NCBI RefSeq assembly: GCF_036421915.1
Contig: NZ_JAZGOM010000007.1
From: Georgenia wangjunii
GTDB lineage: Bacteria > Actinomycetota > Actinomycetes > Actinomycetales > Actinomycetaceae
Reading direction: 5' to 3' (one strand)
DNA: 24,000 bases
Made by a program: the position numbers and the translations under genes. The notes below the pieces were generated by a model. That model did not search any database and was not told the DNA's origin. It saw nothing but the letters and a program-made list of their open reading frames with translations. Within the stretch, counting starts at the first letter, position 1; each line of letters opens with the position of its first letter. Below are positions 8,863-17,676 of this stretch, piece after piece.

Positions 8863-11175
8863 GTGGCAGACGTACAGGTGTGGACCGAGCGCGCAGCCGG
8901 GGCCCCGGCGAGCGAGCGCGTCGCCGCGCTCATGGCCGAGATGACGCTCGAGGAGAAGCTCGCGCAGATCGTGGGTCTGTGGGTGGGCGCCGGGGCGGAC
9001 GGCGAGGTCGTCGCCCCGCTCCAGGACGCCATGCTGGGGGAGACGGCACCGGAGTTCGAGACGTTCGCCACGAACGGGCTCGGCCACCTCACCCGGGTCT
9101 TCGGGACCCGGCCGGTCGAGCCCGCCGTCGGGCGCCGCGCCCTGCGGGACGCCCAGCGCTGGCTCGTCACCCGCACCCGCCTCGGCATCCCGGCCATCGC
9201 CCACGAGGAGTGCCTCACCGGGCTCGCGGCGTGGAAGGCGACGACCTTCCCGGCGCCGCTGTCGTGGGGCGCGAGCTTCGACGCGGACCTCGTCGAGCAG
9301 GTCGGGGCCGCGATCGGGGAGAGCATGGCGCGCCTCGGGGTGCACCAGGGCCTCGCCCCGGTGCTCGACGTCGTCCGCGACGCGCGCTGGGGTCGCGTCG
9401 AGGAGTGCATCAGCGAGGACCCCTACGTCGTCGGCACCGTCGGCACCGCCTACGTCCGGGGCATGCAGAGCGCCGGGGTCATCGCGACCCTCAAGCACTT
9501 CGTCGGGTACTCCGCCTCGCGTGCTGGGCGCAACCTCGCCCCCGTCAGCGCGGGCCCGCGCGAGGTGGCCGACGTGCTCCTCGTCCCGTTCGAGATGGCC
9601 GTGCTCGACGGCGGGGCGCGCTCGGTCATGCACTCCTACACGGACGTCGACGGCATGCCGGCCGCTGCCGACGCGCAGCTGCTCACCGGGCTCCTGCGCG
9701 AGCGGTGGGGCTTCGACGGCACGGTCGTCGCCGACTACTTCGGCGTCGCTTTCCTCCACACGCTCCACGCCGTGGCGGAGGACCTCGCCGACGCCGCGCA
9801 CCAGGCGCTCGCCGCGGGCATCGACGTCGAGCTGCCCACCGGCAACGCCTACCTCGCGCCGCTCACCGCGGCCGTCGAGTCCGGACAGGTCCCCGTCGCG
9901 CTCGTCGACCGGGCGCTCGCGCGGGTCCTGCGCGAGAAGGAGGCGCTCGGCCTCCTCGACGACGACTTCTCCGCCGAGCCCGACGGCGACGTCGACCTCG
10001 ACCCGGCGGAGCACCGGGCGCTCGCCGCCCGCCTCGCCGAGGAGTCGGTCGTGCTCCTCACAAACGACGGAACCCTCCCGCTGCGGGAGCCCGCCCGGGT
10101 CGCCGTCGTCGGCCCCAACGCCGACCGCGCCGAGGCGCTGTTCGGCTGCTACTCCTTCGCCAACCACGTCCTCGGGCAGCACCCGGGCACCGAGCTCGGC
10201 ATCGACGTGCCCACGGTGCTCGGGGCGCTGAGCGCCGAGCTCGCCGGCGCCACGGTGACGTACGCCCACGGATGCGCCGTCGACGACGCGGACCGGTCCG
10301 GCATCCCGGCGGCGGCCGAGGCGGCCGCGGAGGCCGACGTCGCGATCGTCGTCGTCGGGGACCAGGCCGGGCTCTTCGGTCGCGGGACGAGCGGGGAGGG
10401 CTGCGACCGCGACGACCTCGAGCTGCCCGGCGTCCAGCGCGAGCTCGTCGAGGCGGTCCTCGCGACCGGGACCCCGGTCGTCCTCGTCATGGTGACCGGC
10501 CGCCCCTACGCCGTCGACTGGGCGCTCGGGCGGTGCGCCGCCGTCGTCCAGGCGTTCTTCCCGGGCGAGGAGGGGGCCGCGGCCGTGGCGGGCGTCCTGT
10601 CCGGGCGCGTCAACCCGTCCGGGCGGCTGCCCGTCACCCTGCCGCGCTCGGCGGGCGCGCAGCCCTACTCCTACCTCCATGCCCGGCTCGGTGGCGCGTC
10701 GTCCGTGAGCAACGTGCCGACGCTGCCCGCGCTGCCCTTCGGGCACGGGCTGTCGTACACCTCGTTCGCCTACTCGGCCTTCCGCGTGAGCCAGCAGGAG
10801 GTCTCCACCGGCGGGTCGATCGGGGTGCGCGTCACGGTGCGCAACGACGGCGACCGGGCGGGCGCCGAGGTCGTCCAGCTCTACGGGCACGACGTCGTCG
10901 GCTCGATCACGCGGCCCGTCGCGCAGCTGCTCGCCTACGCGCGGGTCGAGCTCGCGCCGGGGGAGAGCGCCACCGTCGACCTCACCGTGCCGACGACGCG
11001 CCTCGCGTTCAGCGACCGGCGGATGCGCCGCGTCGTCGAGCCGGGGGCGGTCGACCTGTGGATCGGGCGCTCGTGCGCTGAGCGGGTGCTCGAGGGGCGC
11101 GTCGAGCTCGTCGGCGACGTCCACGAGGTGACCGTCGACGACGAGAGGTGGTCCGACGTCGTCGTCACGCGCTGA
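8863..11175 (+). CDS. glycoside hydrolase family 3 (beta-xylosidase/beta-glucosidase type; bxlA-like position), no signal peptide
   Basis: 770-aa ORF with an SD (GAAGGAAG) upstream. The GH3 N-terminal domain has the nucleophile motif GFDGTVVADY, followed by a C-terminal alpha/beta domain and a fibronectin-like terminal domain. It is the last gene of the ABC operon. Confidence 0.9.
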   Translation: MADVQVWTERAAGAPASERVAALMAEMTLEEKLAQIVGLWVGAGADGEVVAPLQDAMLGETAPEFETFATNGLGHLTRVFGTRPVEPAVGRRALRDAQRWLVTRTRLGIPAIAHEECLTGLAAWKATTFPAPLSWGASFDADLVEQVGAAIGESMARLGVHQGLAPVLDVVRDARWGRVEECISEDPYVVGTVGTAYVRGMQSAGVIATLKHFVGYSASRAGRNLAPVSAGPREVADVLLVPFEMAVLDGGARSVMHSYTDVDGMPAAADAQLLTGLLRERWGFDGTVVADYFGVAFLHTLHAVAEDLADAAHQALAAGIDVELPTGNAYLAPLTAAVESGQVPVALVDRALARVLREKEALGLLDDDFSAEPDGDVDLDPAEHRALAARLAEESVVLLTNDGTLPLREPARVAVVGPNADRAEALFGCYSFANHVLGQHPGTELGIDVPTVLGALSAELAGATVTYAHGCAVDDADRSGIPAAAEAAAEADVAIVVVGDQAGLFGRGTSGEGCDRDDLELPGVQRELVEAVLATGTPVVLVMVTGRPYAVDWALGRCAAVVQAFFPGEEGAAAVAGVLSGRVNPSGRLPVTLPRSAGAQPYSYLHARLGGASSVSNVPTLPALPFGHGLSYTSFAYSAFRVSQQEVSTGGSIGVRVTVRNDGDRAGAEVVQLYGHDVVGSITRPVAQLLAYARVELAPGESATVDLTVPTTRLAFSDRRMRRVVEPGAVDLWIGRSCAERVLEGRVELVGDVHEVTVDDERWSDVVVTR

Positions 11176-11184
11176 CCCACCGGA

Positions 11185-11210
11185 GGGCGGGGGCCGGCGA
11201 CGGCCCCGCC
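11185..11210 (+). terminator. GC-rich hairpin after the GH3 gene (GGCGGGGGCCG-gcga-CGGCCCCGCC), no T-tract
   Basis: Read directly 10 nt after the GH3 stop. It is a near-perfect 10-bp stem with one bulged G. The lack of a U-tail is common for actinobacterial intrinsic terminators but lowers confidence. Confidence 0.5.
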
Positions 11211-11286
11211 TCGTCCGGGAATGGGCTCACGCGGTCGTCGTGCATCGCCGTCGTGACCCCCGGAGCGGCGCGCGTCACATCGGCGC

Positions 11287-12237
11287 GTGACAGAATCCAG
11301 TAATCCGGATACTGTCCGATGCATGGCCCTGCCGAAGATCCTCATGTCTCGCGTCGGATACGTCACCGCGCAGCTCGCCGAGATGCTCTCCGGGTACGAG
11401 CTCGGCGACCGGATCCCGAATGTCGAGGGACTCACCGCCCAGCTCCACTGCGGCAAGGGCACCGTCCAGGCCGCCTTTGCCGCGCTCGAGCAGGCGGGTG
11501 CCCTCGCCCTTCGCTCGCGCGGGCACCTCGGGACGTTCATCGACGCCATCGACCACCCGCTCCTGTGGGAGCTCGCCGGCCATCGCACCGTCACCATCGC
11601 CATGCCGCTTCCGTACTCGCGACGCTACGAGGGACTCGCGACGGGCCTGCACGCGACGTTCCGGGACCACAGCATCCCGATGTCGCTCATGTTCATGCGC
11701 GGCTCCGTCGAGCGGGTCGGGGCGCTGCGGGAGGATCGCACGGACCTCGTCGTCCTCTCGGCGCTCGCCGCCTCGTACGAGCCGGACGTCGAGGTCGTCC
11801 ATGACTTCGGGCCGGAGACCTACGTGCACTCGCACTGCGTCATCGTCAGCGAGGGGCGCGACCCGCAGGACCCCACGCTGCGCGTCGCGGTCGACCGCTC
11901 GTCCGCGGACCTTCTCGCGCTCGTCGAGCAGGTCTTCGGCGAGCTGCCCCCCGAGCGCCTCGTCGAGGTGTCCTACAACCAGCTCGACCACGCGTTCCAC
12001 TCCGGCGCTATCGACGCGACCGTGTGGAACGCCGACGAGGTCCGGGCGCACATCACCGCGCCCATCGACGTCCACCCGCTCCCGCAGGCGGCGGGCATTG
12101 ACAACACACGCGCCGTCGTCGTGCGGATGCGCAAGGAGCAGCCCGTCGCCGTCGGCGTCCGGGAAGCCCTGACCGACCCCGCCGTCACGGCGATCGCCGC
12201 GGGCGTGGTCGACGGCCGCACCACGCCCACCTACTAG
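11287..12237 (+). CDS. YhfZ-family putative transcriptional regulator (GntR-like wHTH plus ligand-binding-like C-terminal domain)
   Basis: wHTH signature IPNVEGLTAQLHCGKGTVQAAFAALEQAGALALRSRGHLGTFI, followed by an alpha/beta domain. It resembles E. coli YhfZ as I recall it and is the first gene of the yhf-like operon. The start is uncertain (GTG 11287, ATG 11323 or ATG 11344). Confidence 0.78.
   Translation: MTESSNPDTVRCMALPKILMSRVGYVTAQLAEMLSGYELGDRIPNVEGLTAQLHCGKGTVQAAFAALEQAGALALRSRGHLGTFIDAIDHPLLWELAGHRTVTIAMPLPYSRRYEGLATGLHATFRDHSIPMSLMFMRGSVERVGALREDRTDLVVLSALAASYEPDVEVVHDFGPETYVHSHCVIVSEGRDPQDPTLRVAVDRSSADLLALVEQVFGELPPERLVEVSYNQLDHAFHSGAIDATVWNADEVRAHITAPIDVHPLPQAAGIDNTRAVVVRMRKEQPVAVGVREALTDPAVTAIAAGVVDGRTTPTY
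11298..11314. promoter_or_regulatory. AT-richer near-palindrome CAGTA-ATCCGGA-TACTG at the 5' edge of the yhfZ-like gene
   Basis: 5-bp perfect arms (CAGTA/TACTG) flank a TCCGGA core. This is the lowest-GC spot in the 11176-11345 region. It lies inside the annotated ORF if GTG 11287 is the start, and upstream of it if ATG 11323 or ATG 11344 is used. Confidence 0.35.
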
Positions 12238-12244
12238 GAGAACC

Positions 12245-12622
12245 ATGGACCCGACCCTCCGCCAGCGCCTCGAGCTCTTCCGCACGATGGACGAGGTCCC
12301 CGCCGGCGTCGTCGACCTCGTCGAGGACGAGCTCGTCCGCGTGGACCCGGCGGGCCGCCTCAGCGACGACAGCGCCGGGATGTTCGTCTCGCACGCCGTC
12401 ATGGCGTTCAGCCGGCTCCTCGGCGACGAGGACCCGGTTGACGCCCCGAGCGACGCCGTCTTCGACCAGGTCCTCACGGAGGACCCGACGGCCTTGGCGC
12501 GGGCCGGCGCACTCGCCGAGCGGGCGCGCCAGCGCCTCGGCCGCGCCCTGCCCGACGCCGAGGTGAAGTACCTCACCATCCACCTCGCCGTGCTCGCACA
12601 GCATCTTTCAAAGGAGAACTGA
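12245..12622 (+). CDS. stand-alone PRD-domain protein (YhfY-like)
   Basis: 125-aa all-helical ORF with two His in PRD-like contexts: FVSH50AVMAF at 12392-12394 and YLTIH113LAVL at 12581-12583. Size and position match E. coli YhfY. Confidence 0.72.
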   Translation: MDPTLRQRLELFRTMDEVPAGVVDLVEDELVRVDPAGRLSDDSAGMFVSHAVMAFSRLLGDEDPVDAPSDAVFDQVLTEDPTALARAGALAERARQRLGRALPDAEVKYLTIHLAVLAQHLSKEN

Positions 12623-12984
12623 TGAGAATCATCGCCGGAGGTGTCGGCAAGTCCCAGGTCGCCGACGTCCTCAAGACCCTTGTCCGGCCCACAGACGTCG
12701 TCGTCGTGGGGAGCGACATGGACGCCGCGATCAAGCTGAAGACGGGGCAAGCCGACTACTACCTCGGTACGTGCCACACGGGCGCCGGCGCGAGCCTTGG
12801 CGTCCTCGTCGGGATGCTGGGCGGCGACAAGTGCCACACCTTCGCCCGTCACGTCCCCACGGCGGAGGGCGTCGACGCGGCGCTCGCAGCCGGCAAGGTC
12901 GCCTTCGGCTTCTCCGTCGACCAGATCGCCGAGGCCGTTCCGGTCCTGTGGGACGCCCTCATGCGTAAGGAATCGGACTCGTGA
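12622..12984 (+). CDS. DUF2620-family protein (YhfU-like)
   Basis: 120 aa. The ATG overlaps the upstream stop (TGATG). The motif GQADYYLGTCHTGAGASLG and the C-terminal GKVAFGFSV resemble E. coli YhfU as I recall it. Confidence 0.78.
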   Translation: MRIIAGGVGKSQVADVLKTLVRPTDVVVVGSDMDAAIKLKTGQADYYLGTCHTGAGASLGVLVGMLGGDKCHTFARHVPTAEGVDAALAAGKVAFGFSVDQIAEAVPVLWDALMRKESDS

Positions 12985-14387
12985 TCACCCCCGTCCTCTC
13001 CGCCGTTGCCGACGCGGGCGGCAGCGTCAGCTTCGCCACGTGGCAGTCCGTCATCGTCATGGTGACGACCGCCTTCGCCGCGGTCATCGCCCACTACGGG
13101 CTCGCAGTCTTCAACGACGGCGCCCGCCCCTTCATGCTCGACTTCATCCGCGGCAACACGAGCCGGATGGCGACGGCGACGATCGTCTTCGGCCTCTCCG
13201 CGGGCTTCATCTTCGGCCTCGGCGCGCCCATGGCGCTCTCGACCGGCGTCCTCAACCCGTGGCTCATCTTCCTTCCTGCCGAGATCCTCGGCCTGCTCGC
13301 GCCGTGGCGGTGGCTCGCCGGTGCCGCCGGGCTCGCGTGGGGCGCGGTGTGCGCCTACGGACTCTCCGCAGTCAATAGCGCCGCCCAGCAGCTCCCGGTC
13401 GACTTCATCACGGCGCTCCAGCAGATCGGCACGCCGATCCTGTGGCTCTTCGCCATGTTCCCCGTCATCGCCGTGGCGCGGCAGTTCGGGCGCACCAGGG
13501 GCCTCATCACGTTCGGCGCCGAGGCTGCCGTCATCGTCGCCTCCACCGTCCTCTTCCCGAGCATGTTCGCCGGCTCCCTCGCCATGGCGATCGGCGTCAT
13601 CCTTCTGCTCGTCTTCGCCCTGACGAAGGACCGCTCCGACAAGCGGGTGGAGGTCGCAGCGCTGGCCGGCATGGACGAGGCGACCCGCGCCGAGGTGGCC
13701 GCCGCCAAGGCCTCCTCCGAGGAGGCTGTCAACCAGCTCTTCGGCCCGAACGCTGAGCGGCTGCGCAAGAACGTGCCCTGGCTCGCGATCCTCGGCGGAC
13801 TCGTCGCGGCGCTATCGGCGACGCACATCTTCGCGGGCGGGGAGGCGACGAGCTTCCTCATCGCCGACGGCAACATCGTCGAGGCCGCCCAGGTCGACTT
13901 CTATCGGGCCTTCGGGTTCATCCCCCTCATCGCCACGACGGCGCTCGCCTCAGGTGCGTACGCCCTAGCCGGTTTCACGTTCGTCTACCCGGCGGGATAC
14001 CTCCTCGGGCACGTCATCGACAACCCCGCCGTCGCGCTGGCTGTGGCGTTCGTCGTCGGCGCCCTCATCTTCTGGGCCGAGGTTATCGCCCTGAGCGCCC
14101 TCGGGAAGTGGCTGCAGCGCTGGCCCTCCGTGCGTGACTCGGCCGACCACATCCGCAACGCCATCCACGAGTCCCTCCAGGTCGCGATCCTCGTCGGCTC
14201 CCTCATGGCGGCCCTCGCCATGGGTGGTGGCCTCGGCATCTTCATCGTCGGCGGGCTCTACCTGCTCAACGACGCGATCGGCCGCCCCGTCGTGCGGATG
14301 GCCGCCGGACCCGCCGCCGTCATCGTCGGCGGCATCGTGCTCAACCTGCTCTACCTCGTGGGGCTGTTCACCCCCGTTGCCGGCTGA
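12981..14387 (+). CDS. YhfT-like polytopic membrane transporter
   Basis: 468 aa with a GTGA overlap with the upstream gene. There are about 10-12 hydrophobic segments split by a charged central loop (KDRSDKRVEVAALAGMDEATRAEVAAAK). It is always paired with DUF2620 in the yhf cluster. Confidence 0.78.
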   Translation: MITPVLSAVADAGGSVSFATWQSVIVMVTTAFAAVIAHYGLAVFNDGARPFMLDFIRGNTSRMATATIVFGLSAGFIFGLGAPMALSTGVLNPWLIFLPAEILGLLAPWRWLAGAAGLAWGAVCAYGLSAVNSAAQQLPVDFITALQQIGTPILWLFAMFPVIAVARQFGRTRGLITFGAEAAVIVASTVLFPSMFAGSLAMAIGVILLLVFALTKDRSDKRVEVAALAGMDEATRAEVAAAKASSEEAVNQLFGPNAERLRKNVPWLAILGGLVAALSATHIFAGGEATSFLIADGNIVEAAQVDFYRAFGFIPLIATTALASGAYALAGFTFVYPAGYLLGHVIDNPAVALAVAFVVGALIFWAEVIALSALGKWLQRWPSVRDSADHIRNAIHESLQVAILVGSLMAALAMGGGLGIFIVGGLYLLNDAIGRPVVRMAAGPAAVIVGGIVLNLLYLVGLFTPVAG

Positions 14388-14401
14388 GCGGGGGGCGCAT
14401 C

Positions 14402-15373
14402 ATGACGATCCAGACCGTCGACGGCCCGCTCTCGCCGGAGGAGGTCGACGGCGTCGTGCTCCCGCACGAGCACCTCGCCATCGACCTGCGTACCGAGACC
14501 GACCGGGCCGGCGTGCTCGACCACCCCGACCTCGTGAGCACAGAGCTTGCCGCAGCGAGGGAGCACGAGGGCCTGGCGCTCGTCGTCGACCAGACGTGCC
14601 GTGGCATGGGCCGCGACGTCGGGGCGCTGCGCACGATCGCGCAGCGCTCCGGCGTCGCGGTGGTGGCCAGCACCGGGTGGTACTACGAGCGCTTCCACCC
14701 GGAGCGCGAGCCGGGGGACGACGTCGGCGCCGCGACCGAGCTCCTCGTGGCCGACCTCACCGTGGGCCTGGACGGCACGGACGCCCTCGCCGGCGTCATC
14801 GGCGAGGTGGGCACGCACGGCGACGAGCCGTCCACCGCGGAGCGGGTGAGCCTGCTCGCTGCGGGCCGCGCGGCCGTCGCGACGGGCCGCCCGGTGTCCA
14901 CGCACGCCCATCTTGGTCGCGGAGCGCTCGCCCAGCTCGACCTGCTCCTCGGCACCGGGGTCGAACCCCAGCGGATCAGCATCGGCCACCAGGACCTCAC
15001 GGACGCCACTGCCCAGCACGTGGCCCTCGCCGAGGCCGGGGCGTACGTCGCGTTCGACACGGCGGGCAAGGACTCCTACCAGCCGGACGGCGTGCGCCTG
15101 CGGCTCGTCCTCGCGCTCCTCGAGCGCGGCCTCGGTCGCCACGTGCTCCTCAGCAACGACATCTCGCGCCACGGCTACCTCACCGCCCACGGCGGTCAGG
15201 GCTTCCGGCACGTCCTCGGCCCGTTCGCCGCCCGGCTGCGGGCGGCGGGCGTGGACGAGACCACCCTCGGCGACCTCTACCGCGCCAACGCGCTGCGCTG
15301 GCTCAGCGGGCGCGACCACGTCGGGACGCCGCCCACCGGTGGCGCTACGCACACGAAAGGACTGACGGCATGA
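14402..15373 (+). CDS. php: phosphotriesterase-homology protein (amidohydrolase superfamily, binuclear metal centre)
   Basis: 323 aa. Putative metal ligands are H22/H24 (LPHEHL, 14465-14473), E135 (GVIGEVG), H168 (VSTHAH), H196 (IGHQD) and D253 (LSNDIS). Their spacing equals that of the E. coli PHP ligands as I recall them (H12, H14, E125, H158, H186, D243; constant +10 offset). Confidence 0.9.
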   Translation: MTIQTVDGPLSPEEVDGVVLPHEHLAIDLRTETDRAGVLDHPDLVSTELAAAREHEGLALVVDQTCRGMGRDVGALRTIAQRSGVAVVASTGWYYERFHPEREPGDDVGAATELLVADLTVGLDGTDALAGVIGEVGTHGDEPSTAERVSLLAAGRAAVATGRPVSTHAHLGRGALAQLDLLLGTGVEPQRISIGHQDLTDATAQHVALAEAGAYVAFDTAGKDSYQPDGVRLRLVLALLERGLGRHVLLSNDISRHGYLTAHGGQGFRHVLGPFAARLRAAGVDETTLGDLYRANALRWLSGRDHVGTPPTGGATHTKGLTA

Positions 15374-16491
15374 CGCCGAGCACCGCGGGGCGCCCCACCC
15401 TGCCGGCCACTACCCCGCTCCCCGCGCTGGACACCGCTGGCGCTTTCGCCCTGCAGCAGCGGCTCGTCGCGGCGACGTGCGCGTCGCTGCCCGGGGAGGC
15501 CCTGTTCCGGGCGGACGTCGGCGTCGTCCCCGGTCTCGGTCGGCCCGAGACCACCGCCCGGGTGGAGCGGGTCCTCGCCGAGGCGCTCGGCGCCGAGGAC
15601 GCGTGCCTCGTCCAAGGGGCCGGCACCGGCGCGATCCGCGCCGCGCTCTCGGCGGGCCCCTGGCGCGAGGGCGAGCGCAGGCTGCTCCTCCACGACGCCC
15701 CCGACTACTCGACGACGGCGACGACGTTCCGCGACGCCCTCGTCGAGCCGGTCCGCGTCGACATGGACGACGCGGACGCGATCGCCGCCGCGCTCGCCGA
15801 TCCGGCGAGCCCCCGGTGGGTGTACGTCCAGCACACCCGGCAGCGACTCTCCGACGCGTTCAACCCCATGGACGTCGTCGCGCTCGCTCGCGAGCACGGC
15901 CGCCGGGTCGTCGTCGACGAGAACTACGCCGTCGTACGCACACCGGGGATCGGCGTCGAGCACGGCGCGGCCGCGTCGGCCTTCTCGCTCTTCAAGCTCC
16001 ACGGCCCGGAGGGCGTCGGCGTCGTCCTCGGGGATGCCGACGTCGTCGCCGCCGCGCACGCGGCCAACTACTCCGGCGGCGGCCAGGTCCAGGGCCACCA
16101 GGCGATCGCGGCGCTCCAGGCCCTCGTCTCGGCGCCCCTCAACTGGGCGCGCCAGTCGGAGGAGGTCTACCGCCTAGCGGAGGCCCTCAGGGCTGGGGCC
16201 GTTCCCGGCATCGCCGACGCCGCCGTCGCCAACGTCCAGGACCTGTGCGTCGTCGCCCTCCTAGAGACCCCCACCGCCGACGACGTCCGGCGCCGCGCCG
16301 CGGAGAACGGTGCCGCTCCGTACCCCGTCGGCTCGAACTCGCGGTACGAGATCGCGCCGATGGTGTACCGGATGTCCTCCTCCACGCTCGAGGCCCAGCC
16401 TGAGCTGCGCGACTGGACCCTCCGGATCAACCCCATGCGCGCGAGCGCGGACCTCGTCGTCGACATCCTCCGCCGGTCTCTCGCGGCCTGA
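15370..16491 (+). CDS. YhfS-like fold-type-I PLP-dependent enzyme
   Basis: ATG 15370 overlaps the php stop (ATGA), giving 373 aa. It has VVVDENY (the Asp typical of fold type I) and SLFK209LHGPEG (candidate Schiff-base Lys). The upstream 412 codons of track ORF 14134..16491 are an out-of-frame overlap of yhfT/php. Confidence 0.78.
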   Translation: MTPSTAGRPTLPATTPLPALDTAGAFALQQRLVAATCASLPGEALFRADVGVVPGLGRPETTARVERVLAEALGAEDACLVQGAGTGAIRAALSAGPWREGERRLLLHDAPDYSTTATTFRDALVEPVRVDMDDADAIAAALADPASPRWVYVQHTRQRLSDAFNPMDVVALAREHGRRVVVDENYAVVRTPGIGVEHGAAASAFSLFKLHGPEGVGVVLGDADVVAAAHAANYSGGGQVQGHQAIAALQALVSAPLNWARQSEEVYRLAEALRAGAVPGIADAAVANVQDLCVVALLETPTADDVRRRAAENGAAPYPVGSNSRYEIAPMVYRMSSSTLEAQPELRDWTLRINPMRASADLVVDILRRSLAA

Positions 16492-16500
16492 AAGGCTCCC

Positions 16501-17676
16501 GTGTTCCTCGAAACGACCCAGCACCGTAACCCCGCGCTCATCGACGTGGCGCACGAGCTCCATGCCCGCGGGCAGATCGACCCCGACACCTACGTCATCG
16601 ACCGCGACACGGTCGCGGAGAACGCCCGGGCGATCGCGGGCACGGCGGCTGCGCACGGCGTCGTGCCGTGGTTCGTCGTCAAGCAGATCGGGCGCAACCC
16701 CCTCCTCGCAGCGACGATCGCGGAAGCCATCCCGCGCGCCGCGGCGATCGACGTCCGCGAGGTGTCCGGTCTCCTCCGCGCAGGCGCCCGCCTCGGCAAC
16801 GTCGGCCACCTCGTCCAGATCCCGCGCCGCTCGCTGCCCCGCGTCCTGTCCGCCCGCCCCGCGTACGCGACCGTCTACGACGTCGCCAACCTCGAGGCGG
16901 TCGACGCCGCCGCAGCCGAGCTCGGGACCGTCCAGGACGTCATCCTCCGGATCGCGGGCGACCCGGAGACGACGTACCCCGGCCAGGAGGGCGGCATCGA
17001 GGCGGCGGACGTGCTGGCCGTGCTCGAGCGTGCGTCCCGGCTCGCCCACGTGCGGGTCGCCGGTGTCACCGGGTTCCCGTGCGTCCTCTTCGACGCGCGC
17101 ACAGGCGTCACAACGCTCACCCCGACGTTCGACCGGGTCATGGCGGCGGCAGAGGTCATGCGCGCCTACGGGGTCGAGCCCGTCGTGAGCCTGCCGAGCC
17201 ACTCGAGCTGCTCGACGATCCCCCTCCTGGCCGCGGCCGGCGCGACGCACGTCGAGCCGGGGCACGCCCTCACGGGGACCACTCCCGAGCACGTGGTCCG
17301 AGACGACCTCGAGGAGCGGCCGGCGCTCGTCTACGTCTCCGAGGTGGCGCAGGTCGGGCCGCGGGCGGCGCTGTTCGGCGGCGGCTTCTACGCCCGCGGG
17401 CGCGCGAGGAACGTGCTCGTCGGCTCCGGCGACCGCGCCCGCCGCGGCCACCTCGCCACAGCCCCCGGGGAGAACATCGACTACTACAGGCGCTTCGACC
17501 TCGACCCAGGGTCTGAGCCGGCCGTGCTGGGCGAGGTCGCCCTCATGGCGTTCCGCACGCAGATCTTCGTCACCCGCTCGCGGGTGGCCGTGGTCTCGGG
17601 AATCGCCAGCGGCCGGCCGGTGGTCGACGGCATCTTCGACTCGCTCGGCAACGCGGTCCCGGAGGAGACGGTATGA
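16501..17676 (+). CDS. YhfX-like fold-type-III PLP enzyme (alanine-racemase N-terminal TIM-barrel type)
   Basis: 391 aa with a GTG start 9 nt after the upstream stop. The N-terminus MFLETTQHRNPALIDVAHELHARGQIDPDTYVIDRD and the candidate PLP Lys in FVVK61QIGRNP resemble E. coli YhfX as I recall it. Confidence 0.82.
   Translation: MFLETTQHRNPALIDVAHELHARGQIDPDTYVIDRDTVAENARAIAGTAAAHGVVPWFVVKQIGRNPLLAATIAEAIPRAAAIDVREVSGLLRAGARLGNVGHLVQIPRRSLPRVLSARPAYATVYDVANLEAVDAAAAELGTVQDVILRIAGDPETTYPGQEGGIEAADVLAVLERASRLAHVRVAGVTGFPCVLFDARTGVTTLTPTFDRVMAAAEVMRAYGVEPVVSLPSHSSCSTIPLLAAAGATHVEPGHALTGTTPEHVVRDDLEERPALVYVSEVAQVGPRAALFGGGFYARGRARNVLVGSGDRARRGHLATAPGENIDYYRRFDLDPGSEPAVLGEVALMAFRTQIFVTRSRVAVVSGIASGRPVVDGIFDSLGNAVPEETV

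Noticed and set aside
8815-11124. 769-aa minus ORF and 733-aa plus ORF (8880..11081) overlapping the GH3 gene
   Set aside because: They have the same artefact signature, and the GH3 frame carries the diagnostic motifs.
11275-12852. 525-aa minus ORF antisense to the yhfZ/yhfY/yhfU-like genes, and 551-aa minus ORF 16261..17916 antisense to the yhfS/yhfX-like genes
   Set aside because: They show no domain signatures and have biased composition. The sense-strand genes form a coherent, translationally coupled operon.
14134-15369. N-terminal 412 codons of track ORF 14134..16491, and similar long N-terminal extensions at 1465, 5492, 7314 and 20432
   Set aside because: The extensions overlap upstream genes out of frame and encode Arg/Pro-rich sequence. 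Internal starts with overlap-coupling or SD sequences give proteins of the expected family size.
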